A DNA stretch of 64,000 nt from an uncultured Candidatus Rokubacteria bacterium (GTDB taxonomy: Bacteria > Methylomirabilota > Methylomirabilia > Rokubacteriales > CSP1-6): the NCBI GenBank assembly GCA_963762145.1, contig CAVXJS010000021.1:1152001-1216000 (forward strand), read 5' to 3'. Shown here piece after piece: positions 1 through 13,810 of the stretch. The notes under the pieces were generated by a model. That model made no database searches. It saw only the letters and a list, made by a program, of their open reading frames with translations, and had not been told where the DNA came from. The position numbers and the translations under genes were made by a program. Positions within the stretch are counted from its first letter, which is position 1. Every line of letters begins with the position of its first letter.

Positions 1-86
1 GTGCGCATGACCTCCAGTGCCGTGCCCACCGGGGCCGCCGCATCGATCGTGATCGGATGCTTGGTCATGACGTCCTTGACCTTCAT
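1..86 (-). CDS. CBS domain protein (5' part; runs off window)
   Basis: Manual translation MKVKDVMTKHPITIDAAAPVGTALEVMR; GGAGG RBS upstream. Confidence 0.8.
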   Translation of the reverse strand, partial: MKVKDVMTKHPITIDAAAPVGTALEVMR

Positions 87-133
87 CACTCCTCCTTGGG
101 TCTGCGATGGTCTGCTCGCCGAACGAATGGAAT

Positions 134-149
134 TGCAACTGGCCTGCCA
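134..149 (-). promoter_or_regulatory. sigma54 -24/-12 promoter
   Basis: TGGCAGGCCAGTTGCA (GG-N10-GC) upstream of CBS gene. Confidence 0.75.
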
Positions 150-232
150 GACGCCGGCCGCCGCGACGGCTTGGCAAACGAGACCTTAGCGCCCGGCCCG
201 GATGAGGCACCCGGACCCGTGGGCCGGGCCCC

Positions 233-268
233 GGGGCACGGATGTCCCAACTGGGGCACGGTGTCCCT
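233..268. promoter_or_regulatory. Tandem putative enhancer (UAS) sites
   Basis: GGGG-CACGGATG-TCCC-AACT-GGGG-CACGGTGT-CCCT. Confidence 0.6.
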
Positions 269-622
269 CGCGATGCCGACGACGCGCGGCCCGCTGGACG
301 TCGTCTCCGTTGGTCGTTACGGGGACTCGAGCACGGGGCTCGTAGCTTGCTCCCGCAACGTGAGCTGCAACGTGCCGGGGGGCGCTGCTCGGGGCGGCGG
401 TACTGCTGGCGCGCTGCGTACGGGGCGAATCGCCTGGGACAAGTTCGGCGTCACACCAGCGGAGAGAGAACCGGGGGGAGCCATAGCCATTGACCGAGTA
501 CTGCGGTCCTTGATGATCCCGCGCTCAAGGAGGCGGCCAGAGCGGCGGATCGCCAGTGGGCCGTCAGATAGATCGCGGACGAGATCTTCGTGGGCCTCCG
601 CGGGTGCGGAGGGTGCCCCGGG

Positions 623-1171
623 TCACCAGGAGCGGACGCGGCCGACGTCGACGTGGATGAAGTTCGAGTTCGGGTAGAAACCGACCCCGCCGGCCCCGAG
701 CGACCTCGCGGCATCGCGCACTGCCACGAGCGGCCGGCCCGGTACCCGGATATCCACCGCCATGCCCGAGACGTGGAGGCTCGTCGAGGCGACCCCGCGG
801 GTGGAAGCGGCGAGCCGGGCATTCGTCTCTGGCGAGCGATAGCCCGAGATGACCTCGAAAGCTTCGCGCGTCTCCAGGCGATCGCGAAGCGTGCCGAGCA
901 CGTCGAGCAGCCGGCGGTCGATCGGGTGTACCGTGTCGCTGCGGTGATCGCGAAGCAGCCGGTCGATCTCGGCCAGCCCGTCGCGCACGTACCGGCCGGC
1001 CGCCCAGTACGTCGCGCGCACGAACTCGCCGGTGTGCAGGCTCCGCAGAGCCAGCACGCGCGCGTCGGCCGCGGCGGCGCGGCGGGCCGGAACCAGCAAG
1101 CCCGCGACGCTCACCAGGCCTAACCGCAAGGCGCGCCGCCGCGCCGCGCCGTGTTCATCCATTCCGGTCAT
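623..1171 (-). CDS. YcbK/DUF882 (peptidase M15A, MepK-like) with Tat-like signal
   Basis: HTGE, ISGYRSP, SLH..G.AVD, FIHVDVG.VRSW motifs; ATG overlaps upstream stop. Confidence 0.9.
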   Translation of the reverse strand: MTGMDEHGAARRRALRLGLVSVAGLLVPARRAAAADARVLALRSLHTGEFVRATYWAAGRYVRDGLAEIDRLLRDHRSDTVHPIDRRLLDVLGTLRDRLETREAFEVISGYRSPETNARLAASTRGVASTSLHVSGMAVDIRVPGRPLVAVRDAARSLGAGGVGFYPNSNFIHVDVGRVRSW

Positions 1172-2876
1172 CCTGATACCTCTTCTCGGGACGTCGGACA
1201 GCCGCCCATCGCGCGGGCCAGATCCCGACCCGGAGCGCTCCGCTCCGCGGCCAGCGCCGCGGCGAGGCGCGCATCGCGCCCATAGACGTCGTCCCGGAAC
1301 TGCGCGAGACCGTCCGCCCCCACGAACGCCGTCCAGTAGAGTATGTACACAGGCAACGGCCTGGCAACCGGGATCCGGGGCGAGCCGCCGCCCGCGATGG
1401 CCTCCGCCAGGCGGTCCGGGGTCCACCGCCCGGTCCCGTCGTCCAGGAGGAGGACGGCGAGCTCGGCGGCCCGCTCCACCCGGATGCAGCCGTGGCTGGC
1501 CGTCCGCACCGAGCGCGCGAACAACCCCCGCGCCGGGGTGTCGTGCAGGTATACGTCGAAGCGATTGGGCACGTCGAACTTGATCCGGCCGAGGGGGTTG
1601 TCCGGTCCAGGCTGCTGCTGCAGCCGGAACGGAAACGCCTCGGCCGAGACCATGGACCAGTCGACCGCGAGACCGAACGGATCGCTCTCGCGCCGATCCA
1701 CGATGACGATGTCGTTCTCGGCCAGGTAGCGACGGTTCTCGCGGAGCCGGGGCAGGATCTCCCGTGCCGCGATCGAGGTCGGCAGGTTCCACTTCGGATT
1801 CAGCACGACCGCGTCGAGACGGGCCTGCACCACCGGCGTCCGATGCTGGAGGTCGCCCACGACGACGCGCGAGGCCAGCACGGTCCGGTCGTCCTCGACG
1901 ACCCGCAGCGTGGCATCGGCCGCATTCACGGTGACGTAACGCGGGCCGAGATCGCGCGGAAGCCAGCGCCAACGCTCCAGGTTCAGCGTGATCTGCCGGA
2001 TCCGATCGGAGACCGGAACGTTCATCGCGCGGACGGTCGCCTCGCCCACGATCCCGTCGGCGGCGAGCCCGTGACGCTCCTGAAACCGTCGCACGGCCTG
2101 CTCGAGCCGCTCATCGAAGTGGGTGGCGGCTCGCAACCCGATCTCGTCCTCGACCGCGAGTCGAGCCCGGACGGCGGCGACGCGGAGGTCGTCGTCTCCC
2201 GGCCTGAGCAGCGCCCCCGGAGGGACGCGCGGCCAGTCACTCCGGGCCGCCACCTCTCGATACCGCCGCAGCACCGCGACGAGGCGTCCGTAGTCCTTCG
2301 CCGGCGGGGGAAGAGACGCCAGCAGCGCGCGAAACATCACCGGCTCGCGGACGCCCCGGGCTAGAGCCGCCACCGCGTCGAACGGTGCCGCGGGAATCCC
2401 CCAGTCCGGATCGCGGCGCGCGGGCGGCACCCGGCCGACCCGGACATCGCGCGCGTAGCCCAGGAACGCGGCGGTCAGCAGCAGGTCGAGCTCATCGGTA
2501 TGCTCGCCGTTCGCGCTCGCCTGGCGGCCTCGGATCGCCTCGAGATGGTAGCGCGTGGGGTCGAGTCCGTGCGGCTCGGCGGTGACCAGTGCCCGGAGGA
2601 GCGCCGCCGCACGATCGGGCCCGCCGTCGCGCGCGTCCCACGCTGGGGCGAAATCCCGTGGCTGGTAGAATCGCGCGAGCACTCGCGGATCGAGCGACTG
2701 CCCGTCGATGCGCAGCCCGCCCGGCCGATCCAGGAGCTCGCGGATGCGCTGGCTCGTGGAGGCGGGGGCCGCCTCCACCACCGGGCCCCCGATCGAGACG
2801 GCACAGAGCACGGCGCTCGCGATCGCCGCCACGCGGCGGCGGAGTCGCCAGCCGGGCATCCACTCCGTGGCGGGTC

Positions 2877-2880
<4 letters not shown>
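1168..2880 (-). CDS. L,D-transpeptidase, YcbB/LdtD family
   Basis: PG-binding domain ([10 protein letters not shown]), VYLHDTP, SHGCIRV catalytic motif. Confidence 0.92.
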
Positions 2881-5272
<2,392 letters not shown>

Positions 5273-5273
<1 letters not shown>

Positions 5274-5686
5274 CAGCCGCCTCCGGTGCGCTTCGGCAGG
5301 GTGATACGGAGCAGGCCACGCTCGTAGCGCGCCTCGACTCGCTCCGCGTCGACCGCCGACGGCAGCACCACCTCGACGTGGAACGGGCCCTGGCGGATCC
5401 CGGCTGCGTGGTAGACGGCGCCTGCGGCGCACGAGGGAAGCCGCCGGTCTCCTTCGATGACCAGCGCGTCTTCGAAGAGCTGGACCTCGAAATCGTCCTC
5501 ATCCAGCCCGGCAAGCTCCACCAGGACCTCGATCGTGTCCGCCGTCTCGTACGTATCCGCGTCGGGCCACCAGCCGACCCGCGGAAGCGGGCGCGGTCGA
5601 TCGCTCGGCCAGACGTCCCCGAGTGGCCACACCGGTGCGGAGCGCACCAGCATCGTGTAGCGGTAGCTCAGGCGTCGGTATCTCAT
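5273..5686 (-). CDS. Hsp20/alpha-crystallin family protein
   Basis: P.ADTYET...VELAGL, A.YERGLLRITLPK. Confidence 0.85.
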
Positions 5687-7050
5687 CGCGTCTCGCGGGC
5701 TCCCGACTCATTCTGCCAGTCCGCCGTCCCTCGCGCCAGGAACGCATCCACGAGTGATCCCAGCGTGGGCTCCCCGGCGTCCTCGAACTCGTAGCGCGCG
5801 CGCACCACCGGCTTCTCGAGCGCGACCAGGGCGGCCAGATCGAGCGGGGTCGCCGCCACCACCACGTCCGCGGCGGCTCGATTGATCGTCTCGCGGAGCG
5901 CCTGGAGCTGACCCGCGTCGTAGCCGACCGCGGGGAGCACCGGCCCGATGTGCGGGTAGCGGGCGAAGATGTCCCGGACGCCGGGCGCGGCGGAGGCGCG
6001 TGGATCCACGATGGCCGCCGCGCCGCCCGCGGTGGCCGCGACGTAGCCCGCCCCGTACGCCATGCCGCCGTGCGTGAGGGTCGGGCCGTCCTCCACCACG
6101 AGGACGCGGCGCCCCCGCACCGCGGTGGGGTCGTCGAGCCGGACCGGAGAGGCCGCGCGCCCGATCGTGGCCCGCGGATTGATCGCGCGCACCTCGGCGA
6201 GGACCGCCTGCACGTTGCCGGCGGGAGCCGCGTCGACCTTGTTGACCACCACGACGTCCGCCATGCGCAGCACCGCTTCCCCCGGGTGGTAGCCGTCGGC
6301 CTGCCCGGGTCGGAGCGCGTCGGCCATGACGACGTGCAGATCCGGCCGCAGGAGCGGGAAATCGTTGTTGCCGCCGTCCCAGACGATCAGGTCCGCCTCG
6401 CGCTCGGCCTGCTCCATGATCGCCGCGTAGTCCACTCCCGCGAACACGACGTGGCCGGCGGCCAGGTGCGGCTCGTACTCTTCGCGCTCCTCGGCGGTGC
6501 ATCCCGCCGCGTCGAGATCCTCGCGCCGCGCGAACCGCTGCACGCGCTGCCGCTCGAGATCGCCATACGGCATCGGGTGCCGCAGCACCGCGACCCGCCG
6601 CCCGCGTTCGCGAAGCCGCCGGCCGAGCCAGCGCGCGGTCTGGGACTTGCCGCACCCGGTCCGGATGGCCGAGATCGCGATCACCGGCACGCGCGCCCGG
6701 AGCATCGTGCTGCGCGGGCCGAGCAGGGTGAAGTCCGCGCCGGCGGCGAGGGCCCGCGAGGCCAGGTGCATCACGGCCGCGTGCGGGACGTCGCTGTACG
6801 CGAACACGACACGATCCACCCCCTCGCGCCGGCAGATCGCTTCCAGGTCGGCCTCGTCCTCGATCGGAATCCCCGCCGGATAGCGCGGCCCGGCGAGCGA
6901 CGCGGGATAGCGGCGGTCACTGAGGCGCGGGATCTGGGCCTGGGTGAACGCCACCACGTGGACGCCCGGATCGGCGCGGTAGACCACGTTGAAGTTGTGG
7001 AAGTCGCGGCCGGCCGCACCCAGGATCAGGATCCGCGTGGGCATGCTCAC
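5683..7050 (-). CDS. Cyclic 2,3-diphosphoglycerate synthetase-like P-loop protein (COG2403-type)
   Basis: GAAGRDFHNFN, RTGCGKS, RHPMPYG, WDGGNND, VEDGPTLTHG. Confidence 0.8.
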   Translation of the reverse strand: MSMPTRILILGAAGRDFHNFNVVYRADPGVHVVAFTQAQIPRLSDRRYPASLAGPRYPAGIPIEDEADLEAICRREGVDRVVFAYSDVPHAAVMHLASRALAAGADFTLLGPRSTMLRARVPVIAISAIRTGCGKSQTARWLGRRLRERGRRVAVLRHPMPYGDLERQRVQRFARREDLDAAGCTAEEREEYEPHLAAGHVVFAGVDYAAIMEQAEREADLIVWDGGNNDFPLLRPDLHVVMADALRPGQADGYHPGEAVLRMADVVVVNKVDAAPAGNVQAVLAEVRAINPRATIGRAASPVRLDDPTAVRGRRVLVVEDGPTLTHGGMAYGAGYVAATAGGAAAIVDPRASAAPGVRDIFARYPHIGPVLPAVGYDAGQLQALRETINRAAADVVVAATPLDLAALVALEKPVVRARYEFEDAGEPTLGSLVDAFLARGTADWQNESGARETR

Positions 7051-7487
7051 CAGAGGAAGAACTCGGCCTCGCTCTCGACGCCGGATCCCTTCGTGAGTCC
7101 GGTGAACACGTCGTGCTCGGTCAGGATGCCCACCAGCCGGCCGTCCGCGACGACCGGAAGGCTGCCGATCCGGCGCTGGAACATCGTCAGGGCCGCCTGG
7201 ACCAGCGGGGTGTCGGCCTGCGTCGTCACGACCGACCAGGTCATCACGTCACGGACTCTCGGCGCCTTGACCCGGTGGGGCGCCAGGCCCGCCTGCCCCG
7301 CCAGGCAGGGCAGGAACGCCGCGTGCCGCAGGTCTCGATCCGTGACGATCCCGAGCACATGGGCGTCCGCGTCGACGACCGGGAGGTGGCGGATGCCCTT
7401 GCTCCGCATCAGGTCCGCCGCCACCCGCACCGGGCTGTCGAGATCGACCACCAGCGGGTCCTTCGTCATCACGTCGCCGACGTTCAT
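7047..7487 (-). CDS. CBS domain protein
   Basis: Tandem CBS: V.DVMT, IRHLPVV, GIVTDRD, GSLPVV..GILTEHD. Confidence 0.9.
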   Translation of the reverse strand: MNVGDVMTKDPLVVDLDSPVRVAADLMRSKGIRHLPVVDADAHVLGIVTDRDLRHAAFLPCLAGQAGLAPHRVKAPRVRDVMTWSVVTTQADTPLVQAALTMFQRRIGSLPVVADGRLVGILTEHDVFTGLTKGSGVESEAEFFLW

Positions 7488-7786
7488 GCGTGAACCTGCT
7501 CGGGCGCCGCTTGCGGGTTCAGGATCGCCCGCAGCTCCTTCCCCATCCTGAAGAACGGCACCTTCCGGAGCGGCACCTCGACCGGGGCGCCGGTCTTCGG
7601 GTTCCGGCCGGCGTGCGCGCCTCGCTGCCTCACCTCGAACGTGCCCAGACCGCGTAACTCCACGCGCTCGCCTCTCACCAGCGCGTCCGTGATCCGCTCG
7701 AATACCGCCGTCACGACCGCTTCGCTCATCCCGCGCGTGAGACCGGCGGCGCGGGCCACTTCGAGAACCAGGTCGCTCTTGTTCAT
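7484..7786 (-). CDS. HU/IHF (IHF-beta-like) DNA-bending protein
   Basis: MNKSDL, RVELRG.G.F, GRNPKTG, VPFF..GKELR. Confidence 0.92.
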   Translation of the reverse strand: MNKSDLVLEVARAAGLTRGMSEAVVTAVFERITDALVRGERVELRGLGTFEVRQRGAHAGRNPKTGAPVEVPLRKVPFFRMGKELRAILNPQAAPEQVHA

Positions 7787-7811
7787 GGCCATTGCTCCCG
7801 TGGAAGGACTT

Positions 7812-7827
7812 TGCAACTCCGCTGCCA
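7812..7827 (-). promoter_or_regulatory. sigma54 promoter of the IHF-CBS-cDPGS-hsp20-lon-ldt-ycbK operon
   Basis: TGGCAGCGGAGTTGCA. Confidence 0.8.
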
Positions 7828-7890
7828 CGAGCCCCCGACTCGGAACACCACGATCCCGATGGGTTGCGCCACAGGAGCACCCCGTTCGAT

Positions 7891-7925
7891 GGGGCGGCAC
7901 CACCCCAGCGAGGCGCGGCGTCCCC
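7891..7925. promoter_or_regulatory. Tandem putative UAS
   Basis: GGGG-CGGCACCA-CCCC-AGC-GAGG-CGCGGCGT-CCCC. Confidence 0.65.
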
Positions 7926-7949
7926 GCCGGTCGGGCGGCCGGTGCCGCG

Positions 7950-8945
7950 TTACCGGAGACGGGTCAGCTCGTCCCGGGACGACCATCGGAAGGCCACCCG
8001 TCGCCCTCCTCGATACGCGGTGACACCCTGGCCCGACGTCACCGCGCCGATGACCGCGGCGGGGATCCGCCGGCGCCTGAAGGCGCCGAGCAGCGCCGGG
8101 GCGCGGCGCCCGTTGATCGTCAGGAGCAATGCGCCGGATGCGATCAATCCCAGCGGGCGAAGGCCGAAGTGAACGCACAGGCGAGTGGTGTGGGGATGCA
8201 CCGCGATCCGGTCGAGATCGACGATCAATCGGCGGCCCGACGCGGTGGCGAGCTCGAAGAGGGCCGCGGCCACGCCGCCCTCGGTGGGATCGTGCATCGC
8301 GCTCGCGCCGCCTCGCGCCGCCAGCAGCGCCTCGCCGACCACGGAGATTCCGGGGCGATGGTTGAAGCGCGCGGCCTCGCGCCGGGCGCGGTCACCCAGG
8401 ACCTTGCGAGCCGCGCCGGCGAATCGCCGCGCGAGAATCGAGGTGCCTTCGATGCCGGCCGCCTTGGTCATGATGACCAGGTCTCCGGCTCGGGCGCCGG
8501 CCGCGGTCACCAGACCGCCTCGGTGGACGAGTCCCTGCATGTCGCCGGCCACGATCGGCTGCTTGACCGCCGCGGAGATCTCGGTGTGGCCGCCGGTGAC
8601 TGCGATACCGAGCCCGCGAGCGGCGCGGTCGACATCCCGGAAGATCCGCGTCACCACCGCGGCGGCGGTACGAGGTGGGACGATGATCGTGGACTGGAAC
8701 CACGCCGGCCGAGCACCCATGACCGCCACGTCGTTGGCGTTGACGTGCACCGCGTACCAGCCAACCTCCTCGGTGGTGAACGTGACGGGATCGCTCTTCA
8801 GGATCAGGTATCGCGGCCCGAGGTCGACGACCGCGGCGTCCAGCCCGAAGGCCGGACCCACGACCACCCGCCGGTCGCGAGCGCCCCGGAACCGCAGCAG
8901 TCGCCGCAGGAGAGCGGGCGGTAGCTTGCCGGGAAGCAGCGTCAT
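7950..8945 (-). CDS. AIR synthase-related (HypE/PurM superfamily) protein
   Basis: GKLP, G.DAAV, SDPVT, NANDVA..GA.P, GGHTE, MHDPTEGG. Confidence 0.85.
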   Translation of the reverse strand: MTLLPGKLPPALLRRLLRFRGARDRRVVVGPAFGLDAAVVDLGPRYLILKSDPVTFTTEEVGWYAVHVNANDVAVMGARPAWFQSTIIVPPRTAAAVVTRIFRDVDRAARGLGIAVTGGHTEISAAVKQPIVAGDMQGLVHRGGLVTAAGARAGDLVIMTKAAGIEGTSILARRFAGAARKVLGDRARREAARFNHRPGISVVGEALLAARGGASAMHDPTEGGVAAALFELATASGRRLIVDLDRIAVHPHTTRLCVHFGLRPLGLIASGALLLTINGRRAPALLGAFRRRRIPAAVIGAVTSGQGVTAYRGGRRVAFRWSSRDELTRLR

Positions 8946-9109
8946 GATCCAGGCGGCGGTGGAGGCGGTACTGGCGCCTGGGGCGGCATGTTCACACTCG
9001 GGTAGTACACACGGGCGCTCACGCAGACGTACCAGTAGGCCGGAGGCGCCGGGGGCGGTGCGTGCAGCAGCCCGGCGATCAGAAAGCCCAGCCGCGCCGG
9101 TCTCTTCAC
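8942..9109 (-). CDS. Short proline-rich protein, possibly a degenerate remnant
   Basis: VKRPARLGFL...PPAYWYVCVSARVYYPSV...PPPPP; stop overlaps next ATG. Confidence 0.35.
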   Translation of the reverse strand: MKRPARLGFLIAGLLHAPPPAPPAYWYVCVSARVYYPSVNMPPQAPVPPPPPPGS

Positions 9110-9111
9110 GC

Positions 9112-9513
9112 TCAGCCCTCGGGGGGCTCCCAGACGTAGATCCGCACCGCCGTCGGCCGCGTACCACCGGCCGTCACGAGCACCGTGACCCAGTCTCCCG
9201 GCTTCACGTGCCACCCGGGGAGCACGCTCTCGACGAAATCTCCGACCCAGCCGCTCGGCGCCGGCCCACTTGCGCGCCTGACGCTCACGAACTCGGTCGA
9301 GGGCGTGACCGCGATGGTGCGGCGATCGACCTGGGTCACCCCGTCCTCGATCCGCCAGGGGCCCACGTCTCCGACTACGACCACGCCCGCGGAGCGATCC
9401 ACCGAGAGGACCGTGCCCGAGTACTTCCTCTCCTGGCCGTCGCTCCGGGTCGGAAGGACCCAAGCTACGACCGCCACGGCGACGAGAATCGCGACTCGTC
9501 TCAGAGTGTTCAC
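9112..9513 (-). CDS. Exported hypothetical protein (beta-rich)
   Basis: GGAGG RBS + GTG; signal peptide; directly behind sigma54 promoter. Confidence 0.7.
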   Translation of the reverse strand: MNTLRRVAILVAVAVVAWVLPTRSDGQERKYSGTVLSVDRSAGVVVVGDVGPWRIEDGVTQVDRRTIAVTPSTEFVSVRRASGPAPSGWVGDFVESVLPGWHVKPGDWVTVLVTAGGTRPTAVRIYVWEPPEG

Positions 9514-9539
9514 GCTCGCTCCTCCGGCTCGGATCACGG

Positions 9540-9555
9540 AGCAAGCGGTGTGCCA
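9540..9555 (-). promoter_or_regulatory. sigma54 promoter (divergent pair, left)
   Basis: TGGCACACCGCTTGCT, near-perfect consensus. Confidence 0.85.
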
Positions 9556-9749
9556 CGGGTTGGCCCCTGGGAAACGCGTGAATCCGTGCACGGCCTGCTT
9601 CATCCGATGCGCGTGATCCAGCCCCGTGGGGCGCCCAGGTCCCACCGGCACGTCCACGATCGCCCCACTCCCGGCCGGGCGAGGTCGCAAGACCCTTTGT
9701 CGGACCCGTCGGGCGGCCGCGGGAACGCGCCTCGCGCCGGCCATCGACC

Positions 9750-9765
9750 CGGCATTGGCCTTGCA
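9750..9765 (+). promoter_or_regulatory. sigma54 promoter (divergent pair, right)
   Basis: CGGCATTGGCCTTGCA; UAS-like sites at 9628-9643 and 9681-9696 lie between the pair. Confidence 0.7.
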
Positions 9766-9786
9766 CTTGACCTGACGCGCACATCG

Positions 9787-10881
9787 ATGACGGACGTGAT
9801 GACCCGCCGGGCTCTACTTCAGGGAGCGCTCGCGCTCGTGGGCCCAGGAGCGGCCAGCGCGCGTGAGGCGGACTCCGCCCATCGTCATCCACCGTCTAAG
9901 GGCGTCTACCTCTCCTACTACGGAGTCGGGGATCGCGTCATCCGGGGTCGAGTGCTCGGGTTGCTGGACCGTACGGAGCTCAACACCGTCGTCATCGACG
10001 TGAAGGGAGACCGAGGGCTCATCCCGTACGAGAGCCAGGTTCCCCTGGCCCGGAGCGCCGGCGCGATGGGGCGCGTCCGTGTGCCCGGCTTCGATGACCT
10101 GCTTGCCGGGCTCAAGGCGAAGGCCGTCCACACCGTGGCGCGCGTCGTGGTGTTCAAGGACGACGTGCTGGCGCGCTACCGGCCGGAATGGGCTGTCGCC
10201 GACACGACGACGGGCTCGCCCTGGCGCGACAACGAGCGCCTCGCGTGGATCGATCCGTTCCACGAGGACGCGTGGGCATATCCAATCGCGCTGGCCCGGG
10301 AGGCGGCACTCAAGGGCTTCGATGAGATCCAGTTCGACTACTTGCGGTTCCCGAGTGACGGCAGGCTCGGGGCGGCGCGCTACTCGAGGGCCAGCACCGT
10401 GCAGAGCCGCGTGCAGGCGATTGCGCGGTTCCTCGCGCAGGCCCGACTGGCCCTGACCCCGGTGGGCGCGGCGCTGGCGATCGATGTCTTCGGCTACACG
10501 GGCTTCAACCCGGACGACACCGGCGTCGGCCAGCGCATCGAGGAGCTGGCGCCGCTCGTGGACGTCCTCTGCCCGATGGCCTACCCCTCCGCGTACCACG
10601 TCGGCATCCCGGGCTTCCGCGATCCGGTCGCGCATCCCTATGAGGTCGTCCTCGAGACGGTGAGGCGCATTCGCGGGCGATCCGCGCAGGCGTCGGTCCA
10701 GGTTCGGCCCTGGATCCAGGACTTCCGCGACTACGCCTTCGACCGCCGTTCGTTCGGGGTGCCGGAGATTCGCGCCCAGATGAGAGGCGCCCTCGATGGG
10801 GGGGCGACCGGCTGGATGCTCTGGAATCCCGCCAATCGCTACACCGCGGAAGCGCTCGAGTCCAGCAACGGCCGGGGCTAG
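9787..10881 (+). CDS. Putative glycoside hydrolase, DUF4015 family, Tat signal
   Basis: TRRALL, NTVVIDVKGDRG, GFDEIQFDYLRFP, PM.YPS, RPWIQDF, WMLWNP. Confidence 0.85.
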   Translation: MTDVMTRRALLQGALALVGPGAASAREADSAHRHPPSKGVYLSYYGVGDRVIRGRVLGLLDRTELNTVVIDVKGDRGLIPYESQVPLARSAGAMGRVRVPGFDDLLAGLKAKAVHTVARVVVFKDDVLARYRPEWAVADTTTGSPWRDNERLAWIDPFHEDAWAYPIALAREAALKGFDEIQFDYLRFPSDGRLGAARYSRASTVQSRVQAIARFLAQARLALTPVGAALAIDVFGYTGFNPDDTGVGQRIEELAPLVDVLCPMAYPSAYHVGIPGFRDPVAHPYEVVLETVRRIRGRSAQASVQVRPWIQDFRDYAFDRRSFGVPEIRAQMRGALDGGATGWMLWNPANRYTAEALESSNGRG

Positions 10882-10900
10882 CCCCGAGGCGGCTGCGCCC

Positions 10901-11351
10901 CTACACACCCAGCTCGGCGCGCACCCGGACGTAGTGGAGAATCTGCTCCCGGCCGATCATGCCGACGAGCTGGCCGCCGGCAAGCACCGGCACCTGCGCC
11001 ACGTTGGCGTCGTCCATCCTCTTGAGCGCGGTGAGCAGATCCGCCGTCGGCTCCACCGTGGTCACCTTCTCCGCCGGCGTCATGACCTCCCCCGCGGTGA
11101 CCGCGGCCCAGCGATCCTGCGGGATGGCCTTGATCTCGTGCAGCGTGAGCAGGCCCGTCAGCCGCCCGCCCTCTGTCACCGCGAAGCAGCGCCGCCCCGC
11201 GCCCAGCACGTCCTCGCGAACGATGCGCTCGAGGCTCGCGCCACGCTCGATGCGCCGGCAGTCCGATGTCATCGCCTGGGCCACTGTCACGTCACGCAGC
11301 AGCTCTCGGAGATTGGCCTCGGCGTGGCTGTGAGCGGCGGCGTGCGATCAT
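10901..11351 (-). pseudogene. CBS-pair protein, probable C-terminal remnant of an M50 protease-CBS (Rip3-like) gene
   Basis: CBS pair 10901-11290; RBS+ATG at 11351 is 1 nt out of frame with AAAHSHAEANLRELLRDVTVAQAM. Confidence 0.6.
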
Positions 11352-11382
11352 GATGGCCTCCTGTGCTCCACACGACGCACGC

Positions 11383-11398
11383 AGCAAGGACGGTGCCA
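11383..11398 (-). promoter_or_regulatory. sigma54 promoter
   Basis: TGGCACCGTCCTTGCT. Confidence 0.85.
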
Positions 11399-11461
11399 CG
11401 CGGGTGGCCGAGGTATCCCGCGCTCGTGATCCGGACTGAGCCTCGCCGGGCATGGGCGAGT

Positions 11462-11496
11462 GAGGCGACGGCTCCCCGATGAGGCGGCGGAGTCCC
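11462..11496. promoter_or_regulatory. Tandem putative UAS
   Basis: GAGG-CGACGGCT-CCCC-GAT-GAGG-CGGCGGAG-TCCC. Confidence 0.65.
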
Positions 11497-11520
11497 GACA
11501 TGGCCGGTGCCCTTGCGCTG

Positions 11521-11536
11521 GGGCACAGGTCCTGCT
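11521..11536 (+). promoter_or_regulatory. Possible sigma54 promoter of tdh-kbl
   Basis: GGGCACAGGTCCTGCT, GG-N10-GC. Confidence 0.5.
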
Positions 11537-11561
11537 ATCCGTCGGGGCCAGGAGAATCCTG

Positions 11562-12585
11562 GTGACACGCAGGCCGGTGGTCCTGGTGACCGGCGCGGGG
11601 GGCGAGGTCGGGCACGGCCTCATCCATCAGCTCGCGGATCTGGCGGTCTATGACGTGCTGGCCCTCGACGTCCGGGCCGTGGACGAGGCGATCGCGCGGC
11701 GCTGCGCGGCGACCCGGATCGGGGACATCCTCGACCGCCACCTGCTGGACCGCCTGCGGAGCGAGTTCGAGATCTCGGTCGTCTTTCATCTGGCCGCGCT
11801 TCTCTCCACGCGGGCGGAGTTCGTGCCGGAAACAGCCCACGAGGTCAACGTGCAGGGCACGCTGAACCTCTTGCGTCTCGCCGTCGACGAGGCCCGCTCG
11901 CTCGACCATCCGGTCCGGTTCCTCTTCCCGAGCTCGATCGCGGTCTACGGGCTGCCGGACCTCCACACCAAGCGCACGGCCGGCAAGGTGGCCGAACCGT
12001 CCTGGCTTTCGCCGACCACGATGTACGGCTGCAACAAGCTCTACTGCGAGCACCTCGGGCGCTACTACGCGCGTCACTACCGGCAGCTGGCCGCGGGCGA
12101 GCCGAGCGGGGTCGATTTCCGGGCGGTCCGCCTCCCCGGGCTGATCTCCGCCTTCACGGAGCCGAGTGGCGGCACGAGCGACTACGCGCCGGAGATGATC
12201 CACACCGCCGCTCAGCGACGCCCCTACGCCTGCTTCGTCCGGGAGGACACGCGCATCCCGTTCATGGCCATGCCCGACGCGGTCACCGCCCTGCTGGCGC
12301 TGCTCGAGGCGCCGGCCGGATCGCTGACCAGCCCGGTCTACAACGTCGCCGCCTTCAGCCCCAGCGCCGGCGAGCTGGCCGATCTCGTGCGCCGCGCGTT
12401 TCCCGGACGCCCGGATCTCCTTCGCGCCGGACCGGCGCCGGCAGGCCATCGTCGACTCGTGGCCCGAGGACGTCGACGACGCGCCGGCCCGGCGCGACTG
12501 GGGCTTCCGGCCGGCCTACGATCTGACGCGCACGTTCGAGGAGTACCTCGTGCCGAACATCACGCGGCGGTACGCCCCGCGCTGA
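11562..12585 (+). CDS. tdh: SDR-type L-threonine 3-dehydrogenase (one frameshift near 12405)
   Basis: GAGGEVG, HLAALLS, FPSSIAVYG, P.TMYG..K, GGTSDYA; C-terminus RQAIVDSWP..D...ARRDWG in shifted frame; adjacent to kbl. Confidence 0.8.
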
Positions 12586-12598
12586 CCGGAGATGGCTC

Positions 12599-13790
<1,192 letters not shown>

Positions 13791-13810
<20 letters not shown>

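Noticed and set aside
370-625. Open frame continuing after the ycbK UGA
   Set aside because: The family normally ends at VRxW; no Cys-equivalent position and no SECIS-like stem seen
8185-9786. N-terminal extension of the DUF4015 ORF
   Set aside because: Antisense to three genes; promoter and Tat motif support a start at 9787
11501-11517. TGGCCGGTGCCCTTGC as a sigma54 box
   Set aside because: GG-N11-GC spacing is off by one; 11521-11536 fits better
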